From positions 44,086 through 108,085 of the IMG/VR virus record IMGVR_UViG_3300013132_000031: a DNA stretch of 64,000 nucleotides. One strand, 5' to 3'. Shown in pieces: positions 46,257 to 57,051 of this stretch (position 1 is the stretch's first letter; the number at the start of each line of letters is the position of its first letter). The notes below the pieces were generated by a model. The model had not been told where the DNA came from, did not search any database, and saw only the letters and a program-made list of their open reading frames with translations. The DNA comes from a virus. Made by a program: the position numbers and the translations under genes.

Positions 46257-47266
46257 AAGTTTTGATATATTTGTAGCAACAATTTGTTATCGTAAAATTC
46301 TGATTCGATGTTGGTGAGTTGGTCTGTGACAATTTGATCCACTGACTCAAACTTGACATCACCGGGTGCAAGGTCCACATCCACACCGGCAGTCTTGTTT
46401 GGTATCAAAGCCATTTCACGCAGACTGTAATCTCGAATAAAAGTTTCTTTGATGAAGTTGGCTTCTTCGTATGAGATTTCAATGTCCAAGTTTACACGAA
46501 CGTGCATCCGGGGCGCAAGCAAAGTGGCAGCATTGTCAATTAGATTGGCAAGCCCATACACACGATATCGGGGCTGGTCTGGCCAGGCATGGAACTCAGG
46601 TTCTTTGCCCCATTCCAAGATCATCATGCCGCGCTCGTCGTCTCCAGCATCAGCATAGTTATGCGGAAAGCAGTTGCCGATGTAGGTAATGTTGTTGGCA
46701 GTTTGACGTTTGTGAAAGTGTCCGGTAAACACATGCTCAAAGCCGCCAAAATCGCCACGCTGTATGATGCCATGATCTGGCATTTGAACCATGGCATTCA
46801 TGTAGTAGCCAGGCAGCTCAAAGTGCCCAAACATGTAACGTCCTGTCAGTCGGGGAATACGCTTGTGATCATCTCCGCAAAGCCAAGGAGCAATAACAAC
46901 ATCACCACTGCTGAACCAATCATTGCAAATCGTGACATTGGGGAGGTGTCGGGCCCATTCCACCGATTGAATATCTCTTTTATCCCGATAATAAAGGTCA
47001 TGGTTGCCAGGAATAAAATAAACGTGCTTAAAATTTTCATTCATGTGCTCCAAGGCTCGAAGACTATAGTTCAGTGTGATAATGTTTAGGCTGGCACGAT
47101 TGTTGTGCCAATCGCCCAGGAACAAGCAGGTTTCGCAACCTTGTTCTCGAGCTCGGGCAGTGGCCCACTGTACAAATTCCAAACAGTCTTCGTTGTGTGT
47201 TTGGCTGTTTGATTTCAATCCAAAGTGTATGTCTGTAAAGACTGCGGCTTTTTTAAATAGATTCAT
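46253..47266 (-). CDS. gp47: Recombination nuclease gp47 (Mre11/SbcD-like)
   Basis: DIHFG, LGDWH, GNHD, GHFE, GHFH metallophosphoesterase motifs. Confidence 0.95.
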   Translation of the reverse strand: MNLFKKAAVFTDIHFGLKSNSQTHNEDCLEFVQWATARAREQGCETCLFLGDWHNNRASLNIITLNYSLRALEHMNENFKHVYFIPGNHDLYYRDKRDIQSVEWARHLPNVTICNDWFSSGDVVIAPWLCGDDHKRIPRLTGRYMFGHFELPGYYMNAMVQMPDHGIIQRGDFGGFEHVFTGHFHKRQTANNITYIGNCFPHNYADAGDDERGMMILEWGKEPEFHAWPDQPRYRVYGLANLIDNAATLLAPRMHVRVNLDIEISYEEANFIKETFIRDYSLREMALIPNKTAGVDVDLAPGDVKFESVDQIVTDQLTNIESEFYDNKLLLQIYQNL

Positions 47267-48153
47267 ATGGCGTAGAGTAGTTCTCGCAAGTGTACACTAT
47301 TTGTTGGGAACTTGTCAAGTTCATGACATTGAATTTCCCATCCAATATTTCTCAACTGCCACTGCACATAGGATTCACTGGCCAAGGGCAGTGTTTGATC
47401 GCTCCAGTCAAAAGTTTTGTTGTGTTGCACCGAATCAACAATGGCTGCACACAGTTGGTCTTGAGCAAGATTGGTTTGCAGCAGTAAATTTTTTCTATGA
47501 TAAGGCACAATGTCTGTGATTGGTCGCACAAAGTCAAGATTGAGATTGTGTTGTAATTGGGTCATGACCGATTCAAAATTGTACAGCAAGTCATGAATCA
47601 ACACGGTGTGCGCTCGCTTGTGATGCCACTGATCCAAATGATACCATTCCAACTGTGCGTACCATGCTGGCATGAGATAATGGCTGAGAAATTCTCTGCG
47701 AATCCACTGGGGAATTTCACCTATGGCAACACCGGTCACAGCCCAATTTGAATAAATTAGAGACTGATCAATGTCAAGAGCAAACTGCGTGGTCCACCAG
47801 TCGTCCCAGGCCTTGACAAGGTAGTTGTTGATCACCAGTAACTGACTGTGATGATCAGGATAAAGATAGATCATGCCAGGCACTGATTCAAGAATTTGAT
47901 TTAAATTTTCACTCAATGATTCTGTAGACCGGGTCTTGGGGTGCAGCCTCACAAACTGCTGACAGTCACCGCTGTGTTGATACTGTAGCCAACCAGGTAG
48001 GCCTGAAACAAAATTACCAACAAATTGATGACTATTACCGTTGGGGTTGAATGGTTCCTGAATGGGACCATGCGAACACAGAGTGGTCAAACACCATTCA
48101 ACATAGGTGCCATAGGCACCGGCATTGTAGGCTATGGCAATGGTGTTGATCAT
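47263..48153 (-). CDS. Hypothetical protein, possibly P-loop/sulfotransferase-like; paralog of 40686..41723
   Basis: GAYGTYVEWCL, NGNSH, LHP, C-terminal ESYVQWQL...FPTNSVHLRELL. Confidence 0.5.
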   Translation of the reverse strand: MINTIAIAYNAGAYGTYVEWCLTTLCSHGPIQEPFNPNGNSHQFVGNFVSGLPGWLQYQHSGDCQQFVRLHPKTRSTESLSENLNQILESVPGMIYLYPDHHSQLLVINNYLVKAWDDWWTTQFALDIDQSLIYSNWAVTGVAIGEIPQWIRREFLSHYLMPAWYAQLEWYHLDQWHHKRAHTVLIHDLLYNFESVMTQLQHNLNLDFVRPITDIVPYHRKNLLLQTNLAQDQLCAAIVDSVQHNKTFDWSDQTLPLASESYVQWQLRNIGWEIQCHELDKFPTNSVHLRELLYAI

Positions 48154-49046
48154 TCTTCATAGGTGGTGATCACTGGACCACTCATGGCCGCCATGCTGGC
48201 TTTGCCTGAATTTTGTCTTGTCCAGGACGGATTCAACCCGTTGATTTCAAGAATGTCATCACGGATGTTTTGATTTTTCTTTTCAATGTTCAAGATGCGA
48301 GTAAAGCTATTGGTAATAGCGGCAGTATAATACGCAAAAGGGTTCTGCGATTTTGACTCGTCAAATTGCAAGCCAATTTGGCTGAGTTGTAACAGGGCTT
48401 GTCCGCGCATTTCTTCATTGTAGGTATATCCTCTCCAGTTGGATCTTGTGGCATAGCGTTCACACAGTTTCATGAACATCATGGCCAACTTGCGTGTCAT
48501 CATGCCATGATCTTTGGAAAATTCGCCGGTGTCTAGGTCACCTCGCCAGTGGCTTTTGCCCACCAGCACAGGGTTTTTTTCATTGTCCACACGATAGTGA
48601 TAGAACGGGGGGAAGTTCACACGCATGTGTGTGGGATCTAGTACAATGTCATCTATCAAGTCTGCTAGTGGATCTTCCACTACATCATCCAGGTCCAAAA
48701 TGTCTTCGATTTTTTTCTTTTTGGCAGTAGTTTTAGGCATTTTTTTGGGCGCACGGGGTATGTGTTCCCAAGTCATGACGCGGAAAACCACCTCTGTATT
48801 TGGTATTTTTCGGGGATCAATCACTTCACCAGTTTCACGTCGGTGCCGGTCAGCACGATTGCGGCGTGCTTCTGCAATGGTCTTTTGATTGATTTTGCTT
48901 ACTGAAGGCAGGATCATGTCAAACTGATGATCAGTTGTTCGATCCCGAAATGAGCAGTAGGTATTTTTGCTTAGGTGTATTTCTTTAAGAATATCTCTGT
49001 TGTTGAGATAGTTAACACGCGGCGCAGCCTTTGCGATTAGGGTCAT
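48150..49046 (-). CDS. gp55: Late-transcription sigma factor (gp55-like)
   Basis: NYLNN, NWRGYTYNEEM, FDESKSQNPFAYYT..I.NSF.R.L..EKK. Confidence 0.92.
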   Translation of the reverse strand: MTLIAKAAPRVNYLNNRDILKEIHLSKNTYCSFRDRTTDHQFDMILPSVSKINQKTIAEARRNRADRHRRETGEVIDPRKIPNTEVVFRVMTWEHIPRAPKKMPKTTAKKKKIEDILDLDDVVEDPLADLIDDIVLDPTHMRVNFPPFYHYRVDNEKNPVLVGKSHWRGDLDTGEFSKDHGMMTRKLAMMFMKLCERYATRSNWRGYTYNEEMRGQALLQLSQIGLQFDESKSQNPFAYYTAAITNSFTRILNIEKKNQNIRDDILEINGLNPSWTRQNSGKASMAAMSGPVITTYEE

Positions 49047-49070
49047 TGATAAGTCTCCAAGTATGTACTT

Positions 49071-49098
49071 ATTGTAGCATATCTACAACACTTGTCAA
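49071..49098 (-). promoter_or_regulatory. Sigma70-type promoter for the gp55-47-46 operon
   Basis: TTGACA-16 nt-TACAAT with TG extension; overlaps a late-like TAAGTA. Confidence 0.75.
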
Positions 49099-49155
49099 CC
49101 TCTTGTTAAACTACATGGTTTTTGATTTGAGTAAATAACACATAGGAATACAAAA

Positions 49156-51117
49156 ATGGCCGGTTACGATCCAAAAAAAGCAGCGACATACAACAAACTT
49201 CGTCAGCAAGGACTGAGTGATGAGGCTGCCTTTCAACAATCAGGAATATCCAATTCTGAATCAGACAACTATGTGGTCAATGATGTACCTGGCGATCCGG
49301 GCCGTGGAAAAATAGGTCCTGCAATAATAGGCACAGGCACAATCAGCCAGGCTCCTACTGCTGCTGAACAACGAGAGTCAGCCGAGTTTTATAAAGGACT
49401 TGAATCTAACAACTTTGAAAGAGTTGACTATCCAGTAAAAGCTGACAGTCAGCCCAGCACTAGCACCCCAACAAATTATGTTACCACCAGTACCGAGTCA
49501 ATCAGTGGCGGTGGTTCAACCACTACTATATCAGGTGTGGCAAAAGCCAATGCTGCCAGTCGTGCATTGCAACCCAGCATTGATGCCAAGCAGGCTGAAA
49601 TTGATCAGTTTGTAAAAGAGAACCCCAGCAACTTTGCCAGAAGCAAACAAGGTTTGCCGCCACTGTCACCAGAAGACACTGCGGCCCGGCAAGCAAAATT
49701 CCGAGAGTTGTCTCAAGAAAAGTCTGCATTAAAGGCCGAACAGTTTGATGCCCAAACTCCCGGCAATCCCACAACAACAGTTGTGCCAAACACAACTACC
49801 ACTATCAACACTACCACATTTGGCACAGCATCGACCAACTCAGCTGTGGAAGCACCCGACAGTGCTGATCCAGCCATAGCTCAACAACAAGAAGATCAAG
49901 TTGCTGGACTGCGTGAGAATCAAATTAACAGTGCGCCGACGGCAGTTCCAGCTGAATCGGTGCCTAGCTTACTGACGCGAGAAGAATCCATTGCCCAGGC
50001 ACAAGTCACGCCCACTGACGCAGATCCTGCTGCGGCTGCGGCTGACTTCAATGCCAACACCAATGCCAGTGTGCTGGATGCCATTGGTGTACAAGAACCA
50101 GAGGCGGTGTCAGCTGCAACTCCAGGAACAGCAGGCGCTGAAAGTGCCGACAATCAAGGCGCTGTGGCAACAAAAGCACCGGCAGCAGTAGATGTCACTG
50201 AAGGGGGAGTCATACCCATTTCTAGAGTGAACGAAACACCAGCACAACGAGCAGAACGAGAAGCTATCGAAGCTGCGGCTGCTGAACAAGCAGCCAAGCA
50301 ACGAGCACAAGAACAAGCAGCCATACAAGCTGAATTTCAAACTCCGGCCAATGGTGACTGGCGTGTGCGTTTGCGCCTGGCTCCAGGTGCCACTTATTTG
50401 TACAAAGACGCTGACAACAAATTGTTGGCTCCGCTGGCTGCCAGTGACGGAGTGGTATTTCCTTACATGCCTTCCATTGGTACCACTTACACAGCCAACT
50501 ACGATCAGACTGATCTGGTACACAGCAACTACAAAGGTTATTTTTATCGCAACAGTGCAGTGGACGCAGTCAGCATCACTGGCAAATTCACAGCACAGGA
50601 CACTTTTGAAGCCAACTACTTGTTGGCAGTGATACACTTTTTTAGATCAGTGACCAAGATGTTTTATGGCCAAGACTGGCAACGAGGTGCTCCTCCGCCA
50701 TTGGTATTCCTGTCAGGTCTGGGCGAGTATCAGTTCAACAATCATCCCTGCGTGGTCAACAGTTTCAACTACAGCTTGCCTGCTGATGTGGACTATATTA
50801 GAACCAAGCCCAACAACTATAATGTGGATTTGAGTTCTCGCGAACCCAAACCCATCAGTGGCCCATTCAGTGAGATTCTTGGCGTGGTCAATAGATTGAA
50901 AAATGCTGCCTTGCCCAAAGGAGCTGAGCGTCCGCCGCCTGAACAGGGTCTGGTCACTGCTCAGAGTGTGAACAACACTCAAAACAGTACCTATGTGCCC
51001 ACCAGCATAGACATCACCATCACACTGCTGCCAATACAAACTCGAAAACAAATCAGCCAAGGGTTTAGTGTACAAGAATTCAGCAAAGGCACACTGTTGA
51101 GAAAAGGATTCTGGTAA
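49156..51117 (+). CDS. Baseplate/tail-tube initiator (gp48/gp54-like) with long low-complexity N-terminus
   Basis: DWRVRL, GVVFPY.P, HSNY, KMFYG, GAPPP.VFLSGLG, VPT.I.ITL.P; late promoter at 49132. Confidence 0.65.
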   Translation: MAGYDPKKAATYNKLRQQGLSDEAAFQQSGISNSESDNYVVNDVPGDPGRGKIGPAIIGTGTISQAPTAAEQRESAEFYKGLESNNFERVDYPVKADSQPSTSTPTNYVTTSTESISGGGSTTTISGVAKANAASRALQPSIDAKQAEIDQFVKENPSNFARSKQGLPPLSPEDTAARQAKFRELSQEKSALKAEQFDAQTPGNPTTTVVPNTTTTINTTTFGTASTNSAVEAPDSADPAIAQQQEDQVAGLRENQINSAPTAVPAESVPSLLTREESIAQAQVTPTDADPAAAAADFNANTNASVLDAIGVQEPEAVSAATPGTAGAESADNQGAVATKAPAAVDVTEGGVIPISRVNETPAQRAEREAIEAAAAEQAAKQRAQEQAAIQAEFQTPANGDWRVRLRLAPGATYLYKDADNKLLAPLAASDGVVFPYMPSIGTTYTANYDQTDLVHSNYKGYFYRNSAVDAVSITGKFTAQDTFEANYLLAVIHFFRSVTKMFYGQDWQRGAPPPLVFLSGLGEYQFNNHPCVVNSFNYSLPADVDYIRTKPNNYNVDLSSREPKPISGPFSEILGVVNRLKNAALPKGAERPPPEQGLVTAQSVNNTQNSTYVPTSIDITITLLPIQTRKQISQGFSVQEFSKGTLLRKGFW

Positions 51118-51416
51118 TGGCCAATTATGATCCCACTAGCCCCTACTACTTGACTGGAGTGAGTCAGTTTTTTCTTGACGTCATGGTCAACAGACCCATA
51201 CCCAAAGAAACTGATGACTTGCCGTTTGAAATAAACTTGACCTATCAATACAGACCAGACCTGCTGGCCAATGACCTTTATGGCAACGGCGCCTTGTGGT
51301 GGGTGTTTTATCAACGCAATCCCAACACACTCACAAAACCTCCACTGGATTTTGTGCAAGGAACTTTGATCTACTTGCCCAAGATCAATACCTTGAAATC
51401 AGCCCTGGGATTCTAA
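51117..51416 (+). CDS. Baseplate wedge protein (gp53/LysM-like)
   Basis: YQYRPDLLANDLYG...LWWVF..RN. Confidence 0.8.
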   Translation: MANYDPTSPYYLTGVSQFFLDVMVNRPIPKETDDLPFEINLTYQYRPDLLANDLYGNGALWWVFYQRNPNTLTKPPLDFVQGTLIYLPKINTLKSALGF

Positions 51417-51419
51417 CAA

Positions 51420-54143
51420 ATGGCAGTTCCACAACCGCAAAATCAGGCACAACAACAAAGTGGGCTCAATGCATCACCCAGCAAGTCCAAGATTTCTTCA
51501 GGCAATGCTGTGCCCGACGACAACACTCCGCCATCAGCTACCACAACACAAACAGTCGCCAATCAAGCCAATGCTGGCACTGCTGATCCTTCCAATGGTT
51601 TTGTAAAACCACAGCCCAATGTGTTGGATTCATTTGCCAGCACCACTTGGTCGGCCAGTGTGTATTTGTTGGCACCGTACCTCTACAAAGAACTGGTCAC
51701 TGGCCTCCAATCAGGCATTCCAGGATCATACCTGTTGTTTCAAACTGCTGGTGCAGGTGCCCAAGCTGGTACCATAGGCAACCGGGGCGTAAACAACACC
51801 ACAAATACTGTATCAATCAGCGGCGTTGGTGGTGCTGCTAGAAATGCATATTTCACAGAAGACTTTTACATTGACTCACTCACACTGGAAACTGCCATGC
51901 CAGGTGGTGGCACAGGCGCTGCTCACAGCGCCACCACGTTGAAATTCACAGTGATTGAACCAGGCAATATCAGTCTGTTGGATCGACTGTATCTGGCAGT
52001 GCAAGATGCCAATCAAGGCAGTGTGGACAACAGCATAGTTAATTATTCTGCTGCACAGTACTTGTTGGTGATCAGCTGGTTTGGCTATGACATAGCAGGC
52101 AACTTGATCAAAAGCAATACCATAACAGAAGATGCCACCACCAAGCTGATCAATCCCAATGCAGCCTTGCAAAAACTCATACCATTCACCATCAACAGCA
52201 TTGACTTCAGTGTGAGCAGTAAGTTGGTATCATATGACTTTGACTGTTCTCCAGTGGGACAGATCATTGCTGGTGGAACCCGTAGAAGCACCATACCCAG
52301 AGACATACAACTCACTGCTGGCACAGTGGGGCAACTGTTGCGAGGCGGCGCCGCCGACGTCACTGACTCCGCAGCTTCTGCCCCAGGCGCCAGCACTACC
52401 AATACAAAAAACACACAGCCAGCACAAAACCCGCCCAAGGCCAACAATGCACCAGCAGGCAAGATCACCCTCAAGCAAGGCCTGTCTGCTGCCATGAATG
52501 AAACTGCTCAAGAGCCAGTGAGTAAAAATCTCTATACCATAGCAGATCAGTACGAAATTGTTTTTGTGGGACCGGGCTCTGATGAAATAGAAAATGCCAC
52601 GTTGATTTTGCCTGGATCCATTGTGAATCAGTCTACCAGCCCCATGTCCACGTCCGCGTCTGAGAATCCCAACACTGCTCTGAACCCCAATGCTACGGCC
52701 ATGCAGACCAAGTACAAAAATTGGAGTATCACAGCAGGCATGCAGATTGTGCAGGTGATTGATCTGGCCATACGCAACAGCAGTTATATCTACAATCAAA
52801 GTCTCACTGTGCTGAACGCTCAAGGCAAAGAACAACCAAATCCTTCAGCAGCGAACAACATCAGCGATAGCAAGCCCATGAAATGGTTCAAGATCAATTT
52901 TGTGGCCATTCCCATTGCCAACGATCCTGCTCGCAATGACTATGCTTACAAGCTGCGATTTGAAATCAGTGCTTACACACTGCGTCGATTTGACAGCAGA
53001 TATTTTCCATTGACTCCATTCCGCGGAGTGCATAAAAGCTATCCTTATTGGTTCACTGGCCAAAACACCGCAGTATTGGATTACACAGCCAAGTTCAGTA
53101 ACTTGTACAATCTCACTGTGACTGGTGGCCCAGGCGAAGAAAACAACGTGAGCAAAGTCCGTCGAGCTCAAACTGCCAACATGCGTGAACTGGTAAAAAT
53201 CAATTATTTCCCAACCAGCACAGAAAGCAACAAAGGCGCAGACAACAATGCCAATGAAGTGGGCGCCAATGCATCTGAATATTATTACCAAGAAGACAAT
53301 CAAGGCGGCACTGACCTACGTATTATTGGCGATCCAGCTTGGATACAGCAAGGCAGCCTCACTGGCAGATTGACCAACGGCAAAGACTTCAGCATACAGC
53401 CTTTTCTGCCAGACGGCACCATAAATTTTGACGCCGCACAGGTTATGTTTGAAGTGAGTTGGCAACGTCCTGAAGATTATGATCTCAGCACTGGGCTGGC
53501 CGATCCTTATGCCAGACCAGGCAATGCCAGCCGCCAGCCACAACAAAGCAATGTGTATGTGGCCACCAAAGTCACACATGAATTCCGTGGAGGTAAATTT
53601 GAACAAGTGATCAATGGCGCTTTGTTCAATTATCCAAAGCCTGATGGACTCAACACTGTGAATGGTGGTGCAGCAGTTGGCAAATCCACAGACAAAGCAG
53701 CAGCAGCAGCCGGCACAGCCAGCACCGCAGTGTCCAGCAACGGCTTAGCAGAACGAGAAAATGTCGCAGTGTCTGGTGTGAGAATCAGTGCAGATGGTGG
53801 TGGATCCAACCCCATCTCAGCCACTGCTGGTGGACCCAACGGATTCTTGACCAGCGCACAAAAACAATTGCAAGGTTTGGGAGCCAGGATTCCCAGCAGT
53901 TTGAACACAGCAACAACTCAGGCCATCAACAACGCCATTGCACCATTTGCCTCAGTCAACAATGTGACACCGGCCAGTTATCCACGTGCGCCCACTGGAT
54001 CAGGTGTGGGCCCAGCGTCATTGCCAACCTTGGCAGATGCAGGCTTGCCAGATGTGTTGAGAACCGCGGTGAAAAAAATCAACGACAATCCGTTGGCCAC
54101 AGCAGTGTATGAACGCACACAATTGATATCTAAAGATGCATAA
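51420..54143 (+). CDS. Baseplate hub protein (gp27-like), large
   Basis: Between gp53-like and gp5-like genes; LRIIGDP, Y...KVTHEFRGGKFEQ motifs. Confidence 0.6.
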   Translation: MAVPQPQNQAQQQSGLNASPSKSKISSGNAVPDDNTPPSATTTQTVANQANAGTADPSNGFVKPQPNVLDSFASTTWSASVYLLAPYLYKELVTGLQSGIPGSYLLFQTAGAGAQAGTIGNRGVNNTTNTVSISGVGGAARNAYFTEDFYIDSLTLETAMPGGGTGAAHSATTLKFTVIEPGNISLLDRLYLAVQDANQGSVDNSIVNYSAAQYLLVISWFGYDIAGNLIKSNTITEDATTKLINPNAALQKLIPFTINSIDFSVSSKLVSYDFDCSPVGQIIAGGTRRSTIPRDIQLTAGTVGQLLRGGAADVTDSAASAPGASTTNTKNTQPAQNPPKANNAPAGKITLKQGLSAAMNETAQEPVSKNLYTIADQYEIVFVGPGSDEIENATLILPGSIVNQSTSPMSTSASENPNTALNPNATAMQTKYKNWSITAGMQIVQVIDLAIRNSSYIYNQSLTVLNAQGKEQPNPSAANNISDSKPMKWFKINFVAIPIANDPARNDYAYKLRFEISAYTLRRFDSRYFPLTPFRGVHKSYPYWFTGQNTAVLDYTAKFSNLYNLTVTGGPGEENNVSKVRRAQTANMRELVKINYFPTSTESNKGADNNANEVGANASEYYYQEDNQGGTDLRIIGDPAWIQQGSLTGRLTNGKDFSIQPFLPDGTINFDAAQVMFEVSWQRPEDYDLSTGLADPYARPGNASRQPQQSNVYVATKVTHEFRGGKFEQVINGALFNYPKPDGLNTVNGGAAVGKSTDKAAAAAGTASTAVSSNGLAERENVAVSGVRISADGGGSNPISATAGGPNGFLTSAQKQLQGLGARIPSSLNTATTQAINNAIAPFASVNNVTPASYPRAPTGSGVGPASLPTLADAGLPDVLRTAVKKINDNPLATAVYERTQLISKDA

Positions 54144-54151
54144 GGACTGAC

Positions 54152-55657
54152 ATGTCAGAAGAAATACAACGCAGTAGAGGAAGACCGCAAAATTTCAAAC
54201 AAGACCGCGGCGGTGTGGCCACAGAATTTGGCCCTTTCACTGCTGTGGTAAAAAACAATGTGGATCCCACTAGATCTGGCCGTTTGCAGGTGTTCATTCA
54301 AAATTTCAACAGTGGTGCCGATGAAAGCGACAATCGATTCTGGACCACAGTGAGATACTTGCCTGGGTTCTATGGAGCAACTCCCTCAGGCCTAGCACCT
54401 GACAACACTGTGGGCGGTTATCTTACCAATCAAAGCTCTTATGGCATGTGGATGACACCACCTGACATTGGTATCACTGTGGTAGTGGTGTTTGTAAACG
54501 GTGACAGAGACCTGGGCTACTACATTGGTTCTGTGCCAGACCAAGGCACCGGGCACATGATACCAGCCATAGGCGGCAGTACAAATTATCAGACAGACAA
54601 TAAAAATCAAGAAACTTACTATGTAAATTCTGCCTTGTTGCCTGTGACAGAAATCAATACTGATAATCCCGAGGTGGTAAACAGTGCAAGATTTTTTGAT
54701 CAAAAGAAACCTGTGCATGCAGTGGTAGCTGGTGCTATGTTTCAGCAAGGACTCAACAATGATCGCGAACGTGGTCCCATAAGAAGCAGCAGTCAACGAG
54801 AAAGTCCCAGCAGAGTATTTGGAGTGTCCACTCCAGGCATCCCTGTGTATCAAGGTGGTCTCAAACCCAACGACATAGCACAAAAAATAGCCAGCGGAGA
54901 AATCCAACCTGCTGATGCTCAAGTTATAGGACGCATGGGCGGACACACTCTTGTGATGGATGACGGCGATCTAAACGGTGAAAATGCCTTGTTTAGACTG
55001 AGAACACCCAAGGGTCATCAGATTACCATGAACGACTCGGGCAACTTCTTTTACATCACACATGCCAATGGGCAAACATGGTTGGAGTTTGGACAAGAGG
55101 GCACTGTGGATGTGTTCAGTACCAACTCCATCAACATGCGCACACAAGGCGATATAAATTTTCATGCTGATCGTGACATCAACATGTTTGCTGGTGGTAA
55201 CATACAGGTCAAAAGTACTCTGGCCACCACAATTGAAAGTGTGACTGACCTTTCAATATCAGCACAGAAAAATTTCAAAGTCTACAGCAAGGACACCATT
55301 GGCGTCAAAGCCGACGGCAGCCTGGCTTTGCAAAGTGCCACTGGCACATGGAACGGTGGTGAATCACTGTTGTTTACCGCAGGCGGAATTGATCTCAACG
55401 GCCCAGCTGCCCCTGCTGTGACCAAACCTGCTGTTATCATCACACGCAAACTGGATGACACCTCATTCAGCACCGCTCAAGGCTGGACAGTGGCCACAGG
55501 CAATCTTGAAAGCATTGTGAACCGAGCTCCCACACACGAACCTTATCCTTATCACAACAAAGGAGTCAATATCAAAGTCAATCTTGAACCAGGACAACCA
55601 TCACCTCCACCGGGTGCTGTTCCTGTACCAGCCGGCGTGGTCATTAGAGCAAAATGA
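54152..55657 (+). CDS. Baseplate central spike (gp5/VgrG-like, no lysozyme domain)
   Basis: OB-fold DPTRSGRLQV, SYGMW..PPD.G..V.V.F, beta-helix repeats, RAPTHEPY..H. Confidence 0.85.
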   Translation: MSEEIQRSRGRPQNFKQDRGGVATEFGPFTAVVKNNVDPTRSGRLQVFIQNFNSGADESDNRFWTTVRYLPGFYGATPSGLAPDNTVGGYLTNQSSYGMWMTPPDIGITVVVVFVNGDRDLGYYIGSVPDQGTGHMIPAIGGSTNYQTDNKNQETYYVNSALLPVTEINTDNPEVVNSARFFDQKKPVHAVVAGAMFQQGLNNDRERGPIRSSSQRESPSRVFGVSTPGIPVYQGGLKPNDIAQKIASGEIQPADAQVIGRMGGHTLVMDDGDLNGENALFRLRTPKGHQITMNDSGNFFYITHANGQTWLEFGQEGTVDVFSTNSINMRTQGDINFHADRDINMFAGGNIQVKSTLATTIESVTDLSISAQKNFKVYSKDTIGVKADGSLALQSATGTWNGGESLLFTAGGIDLNGPAAPAVTKPAVIITRKLDDTSFSTAQGWTVATGNLESIVNRAPTHEPYPYHNKGVNIKVNLEPGQPSPPPGAVPVPAGVVIRAK

Positions 55658-57036
55658 AACAGTACTCATTTACTTTTGGGGGCAAAACTTTTCAGGTTGA
55701 TGTGCCCACTGGACTCACTGAAGCTCAAGCACGACAGATATTTGATCAACAGGCCAAAACTGGTGCTTTGGTGGGACTCAAACCAGGAGACATAATTGAT
55801 GCTGCCAGTCAAGCAGCCGCTTCAGTGCCTGGCGCCACGGCACAATTCACACAGGCTCTCAGCGGAATACCAGGCAGTGTGCAAGGTGCGTTGACATCGC
55901 CAGACGCCAAAGCTGGCTTGACCAGTGCAATAGATCAAGGCAAACAAGTGTTGTCCAACATTACCAAGTCACTATCTTCAACTCCAGTGACCAACGGAAT
56001 GAGTATACCAGAGTTTGCCAAACAGGCACAGGCCTTGGTGCCAATTCAAGGACTCAGCAGTGTGGATGTGCGAGCAGGATTGAGTCAGGCAGCAGCTTTG
56101 GTAGGACAGGCTCCTACTGAAATCAGCAATGCCTTGGGCGTGGGCCAGTTTGGATTTGATGCCTCACAATTGGAAACAGCCGGCCTGCTCAAACCAGGCA
56201 CTGCCAGCGCATTTTTATCTCAAGGCGCCAATGAGCTGTCATCAATACTGCAAAGCCCCACAGTGTGGACCGGCGCCGGCGGCATCAAAGACCTGGATAG
56301 TTTTTTGTCAAACCCAGCAGCACAGAATTTGACACAACAGAATTTGATGGATGCAGGACTAACAGCAGTGAAACAACTGGGTCTTCCCATAGGCAAACTG
56401 GACAGCAAAGCCTTGGCTGGAGTGGCACTGAACGCAGCCAAATCTGTGGAGACCACTCTGGACTGGGCCAAGGGACAAGCTCTTTCTGCAGATGTCAAGG
56501 CCGAGTATGACACCTTGGCCAAAGATGCAGCATTTGCTGTGGGAGTGGCTCAAGAAAAACTCAATGATGCACTGAAACAAGAAGAATTTGCTGTGCCGTC
56601 AGAGAACACAGTGGACCGTGCCACCTTGGATGCCGCAGTCACCAGACTGTTTGGCAACGACAAAATCCCATCTTTTGAATACGGCAGCGGCGAACGTGAC
56701 GAAGCACTGGATGGCCAGTACAAAGATCTACGCAAACAATGGTCTGACATCAATGACAATATTCTTGCTGCAAAAATTAGAAGCACCTCAACAGCAGAAA
56801 ATGCACAGGCCAATCTCAGCAAGGCCAATGGTTTCCTGGCACAGAGTCGAGCACTGGAAGGTCAGTTAAAAAGTCTACAGCAGCAGGCAGCGGCCAAACT
56901 CAACATTGGTCTTGCGTTTGATATCGGAGTATTGCTGGCCGAAGTGCAGGCTGTTATCAATCAAATTCTCTATGCCACCATACCTTGGTTGCGCAGTTTG
57001 TCAAATCCCAATGCACCGCCAGCCACACCTTTTTAA
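55654..57036 (+). CDS. Baseplate-associated protein with possible degenerate lysozyme-like domain
   Basis: GVGQFGF...QLE.AGLLKPG...WTG..G......FL.NP..Q; ATGA overlap with gp5-like gene. Confidence 0.5.
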   Translation: MKQYSFTFGGKTFQVDVPTGLTEAQARQIFDQQAKTGALVGLKPGDIIDAASQAAASVPGATAQFTQALSGIPGSVQGALTSPDAKAGLTSAIDQGKQVLSNITKSLSSTPVTNGMSIPEFAKQAQALVPIQGLSSVDVRAGLSQAAALVGQAPTEISNALGVGQFGFDASQLETAGLLKPGTASAFLSQGANELSSILQSPTVWTGAGGIKDLDSFLSNPAAQNLTQQNLMDAGLTAVKQLGLPIGKLDSKALAGVALNAAKSVETTLDWAKGQALSADVKAEYDTLAKDAAFAVGVAQEKLNDALKQEEFAVPSENTVDRATLDAAVTRLFGNDKIPSFEYGSGERDEALDGQYKDLRKQWSDINDNILAAKIRSTSTAENAQANLSKANGFLAQSRALEGQLKSLQQQAAAKLNIGLAFDIGVLLAEVQAVINQILYATIPWLRSLSNPNAPPATPF

Positions 57037-57051
57037 GCCATAAATATCAGT

